Origin: Candidatus Saccharimonadota bacterium
Lineage (GTDB): Bacteria; Patescibacteriota; Saccharimonadia; Saccharimonadales; AWTP1-31
DNA: 64,000 bases
Assembly (NCBI GenBank): GCA_026395435.1
Contig: JAPLYT010000003.1
Span: 68,024 to 132,023, forward strand
Reading direction: 5' to 3'
The notes beneath the pieces are model-generated. The model saw only the letters and a list, made by a program, of their open reading frames with translations, ran no database searches and was not told the origin of the DNA. The position numbers were made by a program, and so were the translations under genes. This document shows positions 36,563 to 45,665 of this stretch, in pieces; within the stretch, counting starts at the first letter, position 1, and each line of letters opens with the position of its first letter.

Positions 36563-37615
36563 ATGATAAGTGATTTACGACTTCAGTCGTTTCGTTCGTA
36601 TGATAATAGCGCCTTTGAGTTTAGTCCGGGGGTGAATATTATTGTGGGGCCCAACGCCAGTGGTAAGACGAATTTACTGGAAGCCGTTTTGGTGATATCC
36701 CGTGGGAGTTCTTACCGGGGTCATGATACTGATTTGATTGCCTATGACAAACCGTGGACTCGTATCGAGAGCGATACACTTGATGGAAAACGAATTGTTA
36801 CACTAGAGCAAACAGCCACCAAAATAGAAAAGAAGTACACGATTAACGGGGTTGTATATCGGAGGCTTAGTCTTCCGAAGACTGTTCCGGTGGTTGTGTT
36901 TGAGCCAGATCATCTTCGGCTGCTTAGCGGGGGTCCTGAGCGAAGGCGCGATTATCTAGATACGCTTCTCGAGCAAACATCCCCTGGATTTGGGGTGTTG
37001 CGCCGGGAATATAAACGAACGCTTGCCCAGAGAAACAAACTCCTCAAGAATCCGTATCGATCTCAAGACGAGATGTTTGTGTGGGATATACGACTCAGTG
37101 AGCTGGCTGGTAAGATTGTAGGGCACCGGGTGGCCATGATCGCTACGATGCAAGAGCAAATCCAAGAGCTATACCAAGAGTTGTCACGTACGCAAAAAAC
37201 CGTCACCCTCGAATATGTATCGTTATGTTCTGTGGCTCACTATAGCTCCGATATGCTTCGTAAACTCGAACAAGGCCTCGAGGATGATGTGCTTCGGGGA
37301 TTTACGACGAATGGTCCACATAGAGATGATTTGGCAGTGATTTTGGACAATCACCCAGCACACACCAGTGCATCCCGTGGAGAAAGCCGTACGTTGCTTC
37401 TGGCCCTCAAAATCCTAGAGCTCCAACTACTCGAATCAGCCCGTAATAAAAAACCCATCCTGCTACTCGACGATGTCTTTAGCGAACTTGATGGTGCTCG
37501 TCGAAAAGCACTCACCAGCTATCTTAAAAACTACCAGACCTTTATCACGACTACTGATGCCGACATCGTCGTCAAACATTTCATGAACAACTGCCAAATT
37601 ATACCGATGAGCTAA
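36563..37615 (+). CDS. recF: DNA replication and repair protein RecF
   Basis: 350 aa. FRSY...GPNASGKTNLLEA is the Walker A motif; LLLDDVFSELD is Walker B. Confidence 0.9.
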   Translation: MISDLRLQSFRSYDNSAFEFSPGVNIIVGPNASGKTNLLEAVLVISRGSSYRGHDTDLIAYDKPWTRIESDTLDGKRIVTLEQTATKIEKKYTINGVVYRRLSLPKTVPVVVFEPDHLRLLSGGPERRRDYLDTLLEQTSPGFGVLRREYKRTLAQRNKLLKNPYRSQDEMFVWDIRLSELAGKIVGHRVAMIATMQEQIQELYQELSRTQKTVTLEYVSLCSVAHYSSDMLRKLEQGLEDDVLRGFTTNGPHRDDLAVILDNHPAHTSASRGESRTLLLALKILELQLLESARNKKPILLLDDVFSELDGARRKALTSYLKNYQTFITTTDADIVVKHFMNNCQIIPMS

Positions 37616-38244
37616 TCACCCGACTCACTACTTTCTTCTGGTTGCTTGAATACGAATGCAATGTCATAATCCGCTGCTTTATAGCCTTGTGTCTGCATCC
37701 ATTGAAGAGCCTCGTCTTTTGATTCTTCATCAATAAATGTAATGGTGATGCTTGTTTGACCCTTTTCTGTCACGCCATTGTAGTCGATCCTGAAATACTC
37801 CCCAGGCCCGACAAACGGAAGGTCTGCGAGTATTGGAATTTTAGAAGCTTTGTCTGATTCGGCGTCGTAGTTTCGGCTTGAAATTTTTTCTGCTAACTTC
37901 TGATCGTCGGGGTGTTTGTCAAACCAGTCCTTCGTGTCAGGACTATCTGACTCAAGGACCACTCCCGTATACCCATTGTCACCTTTTTTAAGAGTTACGG
38001 TTATTTTTTTAGTCTTAAATCCGTTTTTAGAAATAACAATATCGTACGTTCCGGGCAGTTGTCTTTGTGTTCCCTGTTTTGCTTTAATACCACCTATTAA
38101 TGCTGATGCACTTTTTGGAGCAAATTCTAGAGTAAGAACCGCAGTTTTATCACGATTAGAAAAGGCCTGAAAGGCGAAAAATCCACCCACTGCGACCATA
38201 GATATAACAATAAGTGCAATAATTCTAGTTAAGCGTTGTGTCAT
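37612..38244 (-). CDS. Membrane-anchored protein with PEGA-like domain (last gene of the T4SS-like operon)
   Basis: 210 aa. N-terminal TM (IIALIVISMVAVGGFFAF), GTYDIVISKNGFKTKKITVTLKKG (PEGA-like). 20-nt overlap with the upstream gene. Confidence 0.55.
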   Translation of the reverse strand: MTQRLTRIIALIVISMVAVGGFFAFQAFSNRDKTAVLTLEFAPKSASALIGGIKAKQGTQRQLPGTYDIVISKNGFKTKKITVTLKKGDNGYTGVVLESDSPDTKDWFDKHPDDQKLAEKISSRNYDAESDKASKIPILADLPFVGPGEYFRIDYNGVTEKGQTSITITFIDEESKDEALQWMQTQGYKAADYDIAFVFKQPEESSESGD

Positions 38245-39658
38245 TGGTAGTTGCTCCTGTATTTACGGTTTTTAAGCGAGCACGTGTGTAGATATTAAGT
38301 TTTTCCCAACCCGACTTTCCGAGATTTGCCGAACGTGTGTCTTGTGAAGCGCTGGCTACATCGTATCCTTTTTCTCCTTGAGGTCCCACGTAAATTAATG
38401 TGTGGTGTTGTACGCCGTTATTAACGACTAGAATATCGCCAGGCAAAAGATCTGAGGCGGCTGGTCCTTCTTTTATGTCATATAATTCCGGATGACTTTT
38501 TACATAGTTTCGTTGCACTGCTGTTCCGATAGATGGGTATTTAGGATCTGCTCCGCTGGCGTGCATAACGGTCGCTACAAAAACGCCGCAGTCGGCACCG
38601 TCAGTCCGCTGACCTTTGTTGAAACGCGCTATTGCTGCTGCGTATTCAGGTTTAGGTGTTCGAGCCGAGCTTCTGTTTCCGTCGTTCATACCAGCATTGG
38701 GTTTAAATTTATCGGGCCATGAAAAATTGACGGCTGTTTGGGTGATGTTATTCTTAGAAATTCCGTTGTCGGTTGCCGGTGATGCGCCGACACACGCATC
38801 AGTTTCGTCGGTTCCCACAGGAGCACTGACAGTAACCGGATTAGAACCTCTTAGTTCTGATTTGCGCAACGCAGCTGGATTTCTGATTTTTGCGCTATAC
38901 TCTTTGGCCGCTGTTCCCATGACAGTACTTGCAATGTCGTTATAGTTTTTACGTACTTGGTTTACGAGGCTTAGGCGCTGAGTGTAGTACTGACCGGGGT
39001 TGGGTACAGATGCTTCAGCCCATAATTTATTGCCGGCGAACTTATTGTAGTAGGTTAGCGCATACATGAAATCAGTTGCAGTACTTTCTTTATTGACTAA
39101 TGTGTCTGCGAGGCGAGATTGATTTTTGCCTACCATTGTTCGGGCGGTCCCCTCAATACCTGCATCAAATGATTTGAATGATTGGGTACCGTTCGCCTTT
39201 TTCTCGCCCGCAACGAGGTCACTTGATGAAATACCACTGTTGAGTGGGTTGTACAGCCATTTGTTGGCGATATCACCACCTTCTCCAAACATAAAGGCCA
39301 GGAGTGCGTCTATATGTTCTTGGGTGACCGTGTTTTCTGCGGGAACACCTCTTTTTTTAGCTACAGCTTTGAGGGTTTCTACCGCAAATTGCTCCATGAT
39401 GTACGGAGGCTGGATACCGCTATTCCAGATTGAACCATCGCTAGGTATGCCTGAGTTTGTGTCATTCCCACCGAGCGATCCACTGCCTGTTTCTTTGCAG
39501 CTATCAATTCTACCTGCTTGGTAATATGGATAGTTTGAGAAAAGTGGTTTAGCAAATACAGGAGCGGCAAAACTCACACAGTAAACGATTGCTACAATAC
39601 CGCTTGAAATACTGAGTAGTAATTTTGGTCTCGTGTGAAATATTCGTGGTATTTTCAT
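38225..39658 (-). CDS. Secreted cell-wall hydrolase with C-terminal NlpC/P60-type endopeptidase domain
   Basis: Start set at MKIPRIF (ATG 39658), preceded by GGGAGG. Signal/TM (LLLSISSGIVAIVYCVSFAAPVFA). The C-terminus has ADCGVFVATV (catalytic Cys), LLPGDILVV and HHTLIYVG (His), the NlpC/P60 pattern. Confidence 0.7.
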   Translation of the reverse strand: MKIPRIFHTRPKLLLSISSGIVAIVYCVSFAAPVFAKPLFSNYPYYQAGRIDSCKETGSGSLGGNDTNSGIPSDGSIWNSGIQPPYIMEQFAVETLKAVAKKRGVPAENTVTQEHIDALLAFMFGEGGDIANKWLYNPLNSGISSSDLVAGEKKANGTQSFKSFDAGIEGTARTMVGKNQSRLADTLVNKESTATDFMYALTYYNKFAGNKLWAEASVPNPGQYYTQRLSLVNQVRKNYNDIASTVMGTAAKEYSAKIRNPAALRKSELRGSNPVTVSAPVGTDETDACVGASPATDNGISKNNITQTAVNFSWPDKFKPNAGMNDGNRSSARTPKPEYAAAIARFNKGQRTDGADCGVFVATVMHASGADPKYPSIGTAVQRNYVKSHPELYDIKEGPAASDLLPGDILVVNNGVQHHTLIYVGPQGEKGYDVASASQDTRSANLGKSGWEKLNIYTRARLKTVNTGATTNDTTLN

Positions 39659-39663
39659 AATTT

Positions 39664-40206
39664 TTAGCCTCCCGTCGTTGACCAATGCCATGCCTCGGAC
39701 GGAAGTTGATAGAACTTAAAGTTTTGGGCATTTTTCCTGAGCCATTCCCAGCGCGCATTTCCAGGGCAAGAAGGCACCGTGCCTTTTGCGTAACACATCG
39801 TGCCGAAGTCAACTGCATTACCCTTCTCGTGATTGGATGTACCCGGTTTAGCGGTAGGAGGTTTACAGGCGCTTGATGGTGAGTTCTGCCAATCTGGACA
39901 GTTCTTTTTACGAAGCGCGATTTGTTGCTGTGGATCACGCCAACCGCTACTGATCGGAAGTAGATTTATGCCGTCTTTTTGAGCGGCGGCAACCATAGCA
40001 TTAAATGCGGCAAGGTTTTCGGTCGCAATTCGAATTCCTCCTGCACCAGGGATTTCAGAGGTCTTGTCTATAGTTATGGTGCCCGTTGAGCCTGTAGGAG
40101 GCGTTGGCACAGATGGAGTTGGAGCTTCGGTAACATATTGAGCTGGGTCTTCCTTTGATCCTACGTTAGACGGCTGAGTAGGGTCTTCGTTTGCACCATC
40201 TACCAT
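39664..40206 (-). CDS. Peptidase M15 (VanY / D-Ala-D-Ala carboxypeptidase-like)
   Basis: 180 aa. SSGWRDPQQQ, GTSNHEKGNAVDF and EAWHW form the M15B zinc-ligand pattern. No signal peptide or TM visible. Confidence 0.72.
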   Translation of the reverse strand: MVDGANEDPTQPSNVGSKEDPAQYVTEAPTPSVPTPPTGSTGTITIDKTSEIPGAGGIRIATENLAAFNAMVAAAQKDGINLLPISSGWRDPQQQIALRKKNCPDWQNSPSSACKPPTAKPGTSNHEKGNAVDFGTMCYAKGTVPSCPGNARWEWLRKNAQNFKFYQLPSEAWHWSTTGG

Positions 40207-42742
40207 TGGTTTGTCGAGGATTGTCTTTTGAACAGTCGGGATCTTTTTCTACTTCCGATTCGGTGCGAGAAGGGTCAAAACATTTCCCTATTTGTTCATC
40301 GATTTTGGCGATTTTGGCCTCGCCAAGTATGGACGCATTATTGTAGAAATTATAGCTTTCGTCATTTCTCATTTTGTTTAATTCATCTTTTGAGTACCCT
40401 CTCTGAACCACATCTCCATAGGGGTTGTAATCGGCATTTTCGGCATCAGCAAATGCAGTTTTAAATATAGGGATCGAGCTAAACACATTCCCAAATATAC
40501 TTTTACCCATGGTACCAAAGTTCATGAGAGATGTTTGCGTAAAACTGGAAACTGCCCCGGTATTTACTCCCGGCGATGCAGCGCTCATTTTACCGAGGAG
40601 AGAATACGGATTCTGAACGGAGAGGTATCGTGCAAAAACATTTCCACTCATTTTTTGACGCATAGCAATGTCTTGGTACGAACGATCAAGCACCGCTACG
40701 GCCGCATTATCCTGCTTCACTCCACCGAGAGACCTAACTTGCCTACTTTGGGCAAGTGATGTTCCAGCGTGTCCTCGTTCGTATGCCCCTGCGCCACTTT
40801 CTGCACCCGAGAAAGTGGTCCCTGACAACATTGTTACGACATACTGTAGTCCGAGGCCATAGAGTCCAACTGCACCAAGTGTTCCAACACTTTTTAGCGA
40901 TACAATCCCCTTGGCGCTGTTAAAAACGGCTTCGCCAAGTGAGCGAACGACCAATTCGGCTGTTGCACGCGCACCACCTTCGGTAGCAACAGTTCCTCCA
41001 CCGGCTGTGAAGAATGCAACTACAGCTTGTACTAAAACTTCTGCCGTTGCCCCAACGATGGCCCCCTGAGGGCTTAGAAGTTGGCCACAGAATTCTTTAT
41101 CGATTTCGTCTGAAGTGCCAGGGGCTATAAATCCGAGACCAGGTATAGCGAGAGACGACGGACTACTTATTCGTTTGACCAACTCTAGTACGGTTGGGTT
41201 GACGGAGGGTTTAATATTTGGTTGGCTTGTCGTGCTGGTAACTTTTTGTCCTGAATCGTATTGATATGCAGCCGACTGATCCATGCCATCATATCTTTTT
41301 GCGGTTGCCCCTTGTGCGATAGTCGTCACGTCGCCGGCTTTCGTTTGATCTCGGGCAGCAAGCATATCATAGGCTATTTTTGTTGCTTGCTTTTCATTTT
41401 GGACTGCAATGTTTTCTACATTTCGAGCAGCATCATTGGTCATACAGGCAAGGCTGAGGAGTAGGACGATGGTACCAACTTTTGTGGCTACTTCTTGGAC
41501 TTTTGTGGCATTTGCGATATCGGTTTCGAAGCTAGCTGCAAACTTCTCTTCATTAAAAATACCATCATTTTTTTCTAAAAAGCCTTTAACTTTTTCTGCT
41601 GCCCTCGCCTTCTTAATATTCTCTTTTACTGGCTCGGTAACGTTTTCACTGATTGTATCATCACCCACTTTGAGTGTTTCTTGCTGTTCGTTTACTGCAT
41701 CTTCGATCGCAGCATCGCGAACATTTTTAGAAATAAACTCTCGTCCTTTTTGTCTCCATCTTCCAAATTTGAAGCCAACATTATCGGCGATATATGAAAA
41801 AGTCCTACTTCGTACATAGCGCGGTTCGAGTTCGAGGGCGGAGCCAACGCTTGCCTGGGTTTTTTGGGTGAATTCATAACGAACTGCAGCACGAGCACGA
41901 GCACTCTCGATTGGCTTCAAGGTTCGAGCTTTTGTGCTATTGATTTCTGCCCATGTACCACCAGCTTCGCTATTAAGGTTTTTTGTTATGCCGTCGAGGG
42001 TGATAGTCTCCCCTTTTTCAGGCAGTCTAACGCCCGTTAATCTATCTCCCTCAACCTCAAATTTAATCACTCCTTCGTTTCCGAGTTTTGCAATTTGGAG
42101 ATCGACATTTCGAAATTTAACTCTGTCGAGCATGGATTTTCCAAAGGTGTCTATCTGTCCATTGCCTTCTACGACGGATGCATCGAATATATTTTGGGTG
42201 GTTCTTTCTTGCATTATTCCGTTAAAGCGAGCATAGCCTGCTGTTGCGAGAACTTCACCGAAGTGAACTACTTTCAAGGTGCTTAATAAAAATAGCATCA
42301 TTAATATCAGGGCTATTATCACTGCAAATCCTGAGGCAAATGCTACCTTTGTTCGGGTAGATATTACTCGCTTTACAGCCTTAGTGTTTTTCAAGGCTTC
42401 CTTTAATAGGCCAGCCTCGCCTTCAGCTGCATTCGTAGCACCTTCAACGGCTTTTTTAACACCTTCCCCTACAGAACTTTCCGATGAACCGCCATCAGAA
42501 TCGGAATTTTCACCTGATTGATCATCGGGACTTTCTTCTGCATCCTTCAATTCATCGGGCTTAAGACTAAGGGGACTTCTTCCCCGACCTCCGCCACCAC
42601 CACCGCCTCCCGAAGAGTCATCGCTCGATCCGCCACCACTTGACTCGTCGCCGCTTAGTTTGAGGCTATTTAACCATGATCCGCTCGACTCCTCGTTGTC
42701 GTAGACGCCACCTTCTGGTTTTTCGCCAAGCAATACTCCCAT
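40166..42742 (-). CDS. Large single-pass membrane protein of the T4SS-like operon, function unknown
   Basis: 858 aa. Acidic, Gly/Ser-rich, disordered N-terminus (GGGSSDDSSGGGGGGGGRGRS), one TM (VAFASGFAVIIALILMMLFLLSTL), and a ~690-aa C-terminal region including hydrophobic Gly/Ala-rich segments. Confidence 0.6.
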   Translation of the reverse strand: MGVLLGEKPEGGVYDNEESSGSWLNSLKLSGDESSGGGSSDDSSGGGGGGGGRGRSPLSLKPDELKDAEESPDDQSGENSDSDGGSSESSVGEGVKKAVEGATNAAEGEAGLLKEALKNTKAVKRVISTRTKVAFASGFAVIIALILMMLFLLSTLKVVHFGEVLATAGYARFNGIMQERTTQNIFDASVVEGNGQIDTFGKSMLDRVKFRNVDLQIAKLGNEGVIKFEVEGDRLTGVRLPEKGETITLDGITKNLNSEAGGTWAEINSTKARTLKPIESARARAAVRYEFTQKTQASVGSALELEPRYVRSRTFSYIADNVGFKFGRWRQKGREFISKNVRDAAIEDAVNEQQETLKVGDDTISENVTEPVKENIKKARAAEKVKGFLEKNDGIFNEEKFAASFETDIANATKVQEVATKVGTIVLLLSLACMTNDAARNVENIAVQNEKQATKIAYDMLAARDQTKAGDVTTIAQGATAKRYDGMDQSAAYQYDSGQKVTSTTSQPNIKPSVNPTVLELVKRISSPSSLAIPGLGFIAPGTSDEIDKEFCGQLLSPQGAIVGATAEVLVQAVVAFFTAGGGTVATEGGARATAELVVRSLGEAVFNSAKGIVSLKSVGTLGAVGLYGLGLQYVVTMLSGTTFSGAESGAGAYERGHAGTSLAQSRQVRSLGGVKQDNAAVAVLDRSYQDIAMRQKMSGNVFARYLSVQNPYSLLGKMSAASPGVNTGAVSSFTQTSLMNFGTMGKSIFGNVFSSIPIFKTAFADAENADYNPYGDVVQRGYSKDELNKMRNDESYNFYNNASILGEAKIAKIDEQIGKCFDPSRTESEVEKDPDCSKDNPRQTNGRWCKRRPYSAV

Positions 42743-42743
42743 A

Positions 42744-44657
42744 TTATGATCCAGGCGTTAATCGGTTTGATAGGTCAATGGTTCCCTGACCTTGGCTAAA
42801 ATCGCCTTGCTCCTCGATTTGCTTTACTTGATTTGGTTCAGTAGTAATTAGATTCATTTCGGTTGGACTTGCGGTGATTTGAATGTGGACATGACTTTGG
42901 CCCGCAAAGAATAAGCCCTGCCCGACAGGGAACTGACTGAGGCGCTTCCTTTCTTCACTAGTCAATTTGAATACCTCTGCAAGCATATCTACTGCAGATG
43001 ACGACTGCTTAAGAAGTATTTGCATACTGGCATTGGCAATAATTGCTCGTCCCATGCGACTTCCCATAAAGTCTTCTACGTCTTGACTGATGGTGGTGAT
43101 GCCGAGGTTGTATTTACGTGCGCGCTTGGCAAGGCTAAACATGAAGTTTGCAGAGTCTTCATATTTCATGAGTTGCCATGCTTCATCAATGATAAGGATC
43201 CGTCGTCGACGATCACTCTTGGTTTTGTTCCATATATAGTTGAGGACGATATACATCGCAACAGGACGAAGTTCGTCTTCTAGGTCTCGAATATTAAACA
43301 CAACCATCGGGTTGTTGATATTGGTGTTTGATTGCTGGCTAAAGATGCCGGCGAAAGTACCGGTGGTATATTTACGAAGTCGCTGAGCAAGTTGCGGGCC
43401 GGTGCCACCCATATGAAGCAGTGTGTCATACAGGTCAACGATGGTTGGAGGAATGCCCGTGTGGGTGAGTGGGTCGTTAGTGATGCCTGCTTTGGCATAT
43501 GTTTCGATGAGGGCAGCATCCAAATCCCCTTCTTCAACGGGGTCGAGCGCTGGCATTGAGACTCCACCGCCTGCATTCATCTGAGATTGAGCGCCGCCCA
43601 TCATGAGTCGGAGTAGACCGTGCAGTGTGATGATATTGCTTCTAAGGGCGTTGTCGGCTTCTTCGGCATCTACAACCTGCGGGAGGTCAAATGGGTTGAT
43701 TCGAGTGGCCGAATTGAGGCTCAGGCGCACATACGATCCACCAACTGCTTCACACATCCGTTGGTATTCGTTTTCTGGGTCGATAATAAATATTTCGGTA
43801 CCGAACATAAGGCTTCGTAGAGCTTCGAGCTTAACGGTAAACGATTTACCGGCACCTGACTTAGCGAAGATTACTGAGTTACCATTCTCTAAGCTGAATC
43901 GATCAAAGATAACCAATCCTGAGTTGTGCATGTTGATACCGTACAAAATACCGCTATCTTGGCTGAGATCGGCGCTGGTGAATGGGAAGCTGGTACTGAT
44001 AGCACCAGTGTTCATGTTGCGACGTATCTGGAGCTGGTCCATAAACTGCGGGATGGTGCTATTGAATCCTTGTTCTTGCTGAGACGTTGCCGCTTTGGAA
44101 TAGACAAGCTGTTGCCCCAGAACTGACTCAATTTTGTGAGTTACAAACTCCAGCTCATCCATGCTGGTGGCGTAGATCGTGAAGTACAATCCAAAACGGA
44201 AGAATCGCTCCTCACCCACCTGGAGTTTATCGCGCATTTCCTCGGCGTCAGCGATGGCAACCTGTTTACCTGGATCGCGGATTTTGCCTTTTTCGGCATC
44301 GATCTGGAGCCCTGCTTCGAGTTGAGTCACCTTCTTGCGAAGGTTATCGAGCACTACTTTACTCTCGACGGGATAGACGTAAATTGATAGGTCCATGACC
44401 TCATCCATGTTCACCATGCTACTCAACCATCCGGTGAAAATTTGCCGAGGATATCCATAGACATAGAATGTTCGCGCGAAGCGTGTACCGATGTGGAAGT
44501 AGCTATTTTCATACACGAGTGAGCTTGGAGCTACGAAGTCGCGGAGCGCGGTGACGCCTTTTTGGAAAGCTGCAGTAACTTCTTGTTCTTCTCGTTGTTT
44601 CTGAGCCTGAGCGACTGCTACAGGGTCGACAGGTGCTTGTTTTTTGCCAAATGCCAT
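42744..44657 (-). CDS. virB4: VirB4/TraE/PrgJ-type T4SS ATPase
   Basis: 637 aa. Walker A AKSGAGKSFTVK, Walker B RILIIDEAWQLM. The N-terminal FARTFYVYGYPRQIFTGWLSSMV motif is typical of Gram-positive VirB4 homologs. Confidence 0.88.
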   Translation of the reverse strand: MAFGKKQAPVDPVAVAQAQKQREEQEVTAAFQKGVTALRDFVAPSSLVYENSYFHIGTRFARTFYVYGYPRQIFTGWLSSMVNMDEVMDLSIYVYPVESKVVLDNLRKKVTQLEAGLQIDAEKGKIRDPGKQVAIADAEEMRDKLQVGEERFFRFGLYFTIYATSMDELEFVTHKIESVLGQQLVYSKAATSQQEQGFNSTIPQFMDQLQIRRNMNTGAISTSFPFTSADLSQDSGILYGINMHNSGLVIFDRFSLENGNSVIFAKSGAGKSFTVKLEALRSLMFGTEIFIIDPENEYQRMCEAVGGSYVRLSLNSATRINPFDLPQVVDAEEADNALRSNIITLHGLLRLMMGGAQSQMNAGGGVSMPALDPVEEGDLDAALIETYAKAGITNDPLTHTGIPPTIVDLYDTLLHMGGTGPQLAQRLRKYTTGTFAGIFSQQSNTNINNPMVVFNIRDLEDELRPVAMYIVLNYIWNKTKSDRRRRILIIDEAWQLMKYEDSANFMFSLAKRARKYNLGITTISQDVEDFMGSRMGRAIIANASMQILLKQSSSAVDMLAEVFKLTSEERKRLSQFPVGQGLFFAGQSHVHIQITASPTEMNLITTEPNQVKQIEEQGDFSQGQGTIDLSNRLTPGS

Positions 44658-45661
44658 TACTGCATCTCTCTTTCTAGTTCTGGCTGTCTGGCCATGCCCT
44701 CGCCTTTAGTTACAACTGGTGCAGTCATGTCACTAAAGTTTTTAAGTTCTTGGCGGGTAGCAGTGTCGGGGTTGTAGCTGTCGTAATACAATTCGATGAG
44801 TTCTTGGGTGTCGAGTGGCAGGCCTTGAATGCCGCACTGCATCAGACCACCCAAAACGGCCTGCACTCGATTACGAAGCTCATCCTTTGCTTTTGCAAGA
44901 TCTGCTTCGTTGATCGTGATTTGTTGCTGCGGTTTCTTGCTGAAGAGCGCAGACACTCCTTTTAGAAGGCCTTTGCTGGCGTCAAGTGTTCGCTGCATGT
45001 CGGCAATTGGGAAGTACGGGATAACCACATAGAATTTCTTATCCATGATGTTTGTCTGCAGACTTAGTTGATCCATGTAGTTTATGTAGTCTTCCATGAG
45101 AAGCGCGAGGAGCATATTGTCGTGTTCGGTGCGAATTTTATCAAGCTTTTCAATATACGGACCAAGATCTACTTTTTGTGATCGCACCGTTATTTGTATT
45201 GGGAAGTACAAGGAGTTAAGGAACCCTTGATAGCTATGCTCAACTGCTTCTCGCTCTTGAGGGCTCATCAGGTCGAAGTTAATCGACTTGACCATGATTA
45301 TTGAGCGAAAGCTGCCGTCGTTCATAATGACGATTCCGTCGCGAACTTCTGCTATTTGAAGTGAATTTTGGGTACTATTGGGGTTTGATTTTGGAGCAAG
45401 TGTCGATGGAGTCTGGACCATACCTGGTTGTGACGCACCTGCCCTTTCTTGAGGTTGATAGATATTGCTTGGAGGCGCGACGGCTGCTACGGCGCCGGGC
45501 ATAGCATATGGCTGACTTCCTATTCCACCCGATGGTGCCGGTTGCGCGGGCATTGGCTGAGGCAATCCACCAGATTGCGGGTATGCTGAACCAGCCATTG
45601 AATTACCTGGTTGCGGCTGATTATAAGAAGGATCCATAAATGTGTTTGTGCCCACGCCCAC
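44657..45661 (-). CDS. Hypothetical T4SS-associated protein with Pro/Gln-rich N-terminus
   Basis: 334 aa. The stop overlaps the virB4 ATG (TAATG). The C-terminal ~230 aa (IAEVRDGIVIMNDGSFRSIIMVKSINFDLMSPQEREAVEHSYQGFLNSL) resemble the pattern of a VirB4-N-terminal-like domain. That resemblance is tentative. Confidence 0.5.
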   Translation of the reverse strand: MGVGTNTFMDPSYNQPQPGNSMAGSAYPQSGGLPQPMPAQPAPSGGIGSQPYAMPGAVAAVAPPSNIYQPQERAGASQPGMVQTPSTLAPKSNPNSTQNSLQIAEVRDGIVIMNDGSFRSIIMVKSINFDLMSPQEREAVEHSYQGFLNSLYFPIQITVRSQKVDLGPYIEKLDKIRTEHDNMLLALLMEDYINYMDQLSLQTNIMDKKFYVVIPYFPIADMQRTLDASKGLLKGVSALFSKKPQQQITINEADLAKAKDELRNRVQAVLGGLMQCGIQGLPLDTQELIELYYDSYNPDTATRQELKNFSDMTAPVVTKGEGMARQPELEREMQ

Positions 45662-45665
45662 TATG

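Noticed and set aside
40166-40251. Possible frameshift or fusion joining the 858-aa protein to the M15 peptidase (41-nt overlap).
   Set aside because: The peptidase frame has a TAG stop 14 codons upstream of its ATG (40249-40251). The two frames therefore cannot be joined by a simple shift far upstream, and they are treated as separate overlapping genes.
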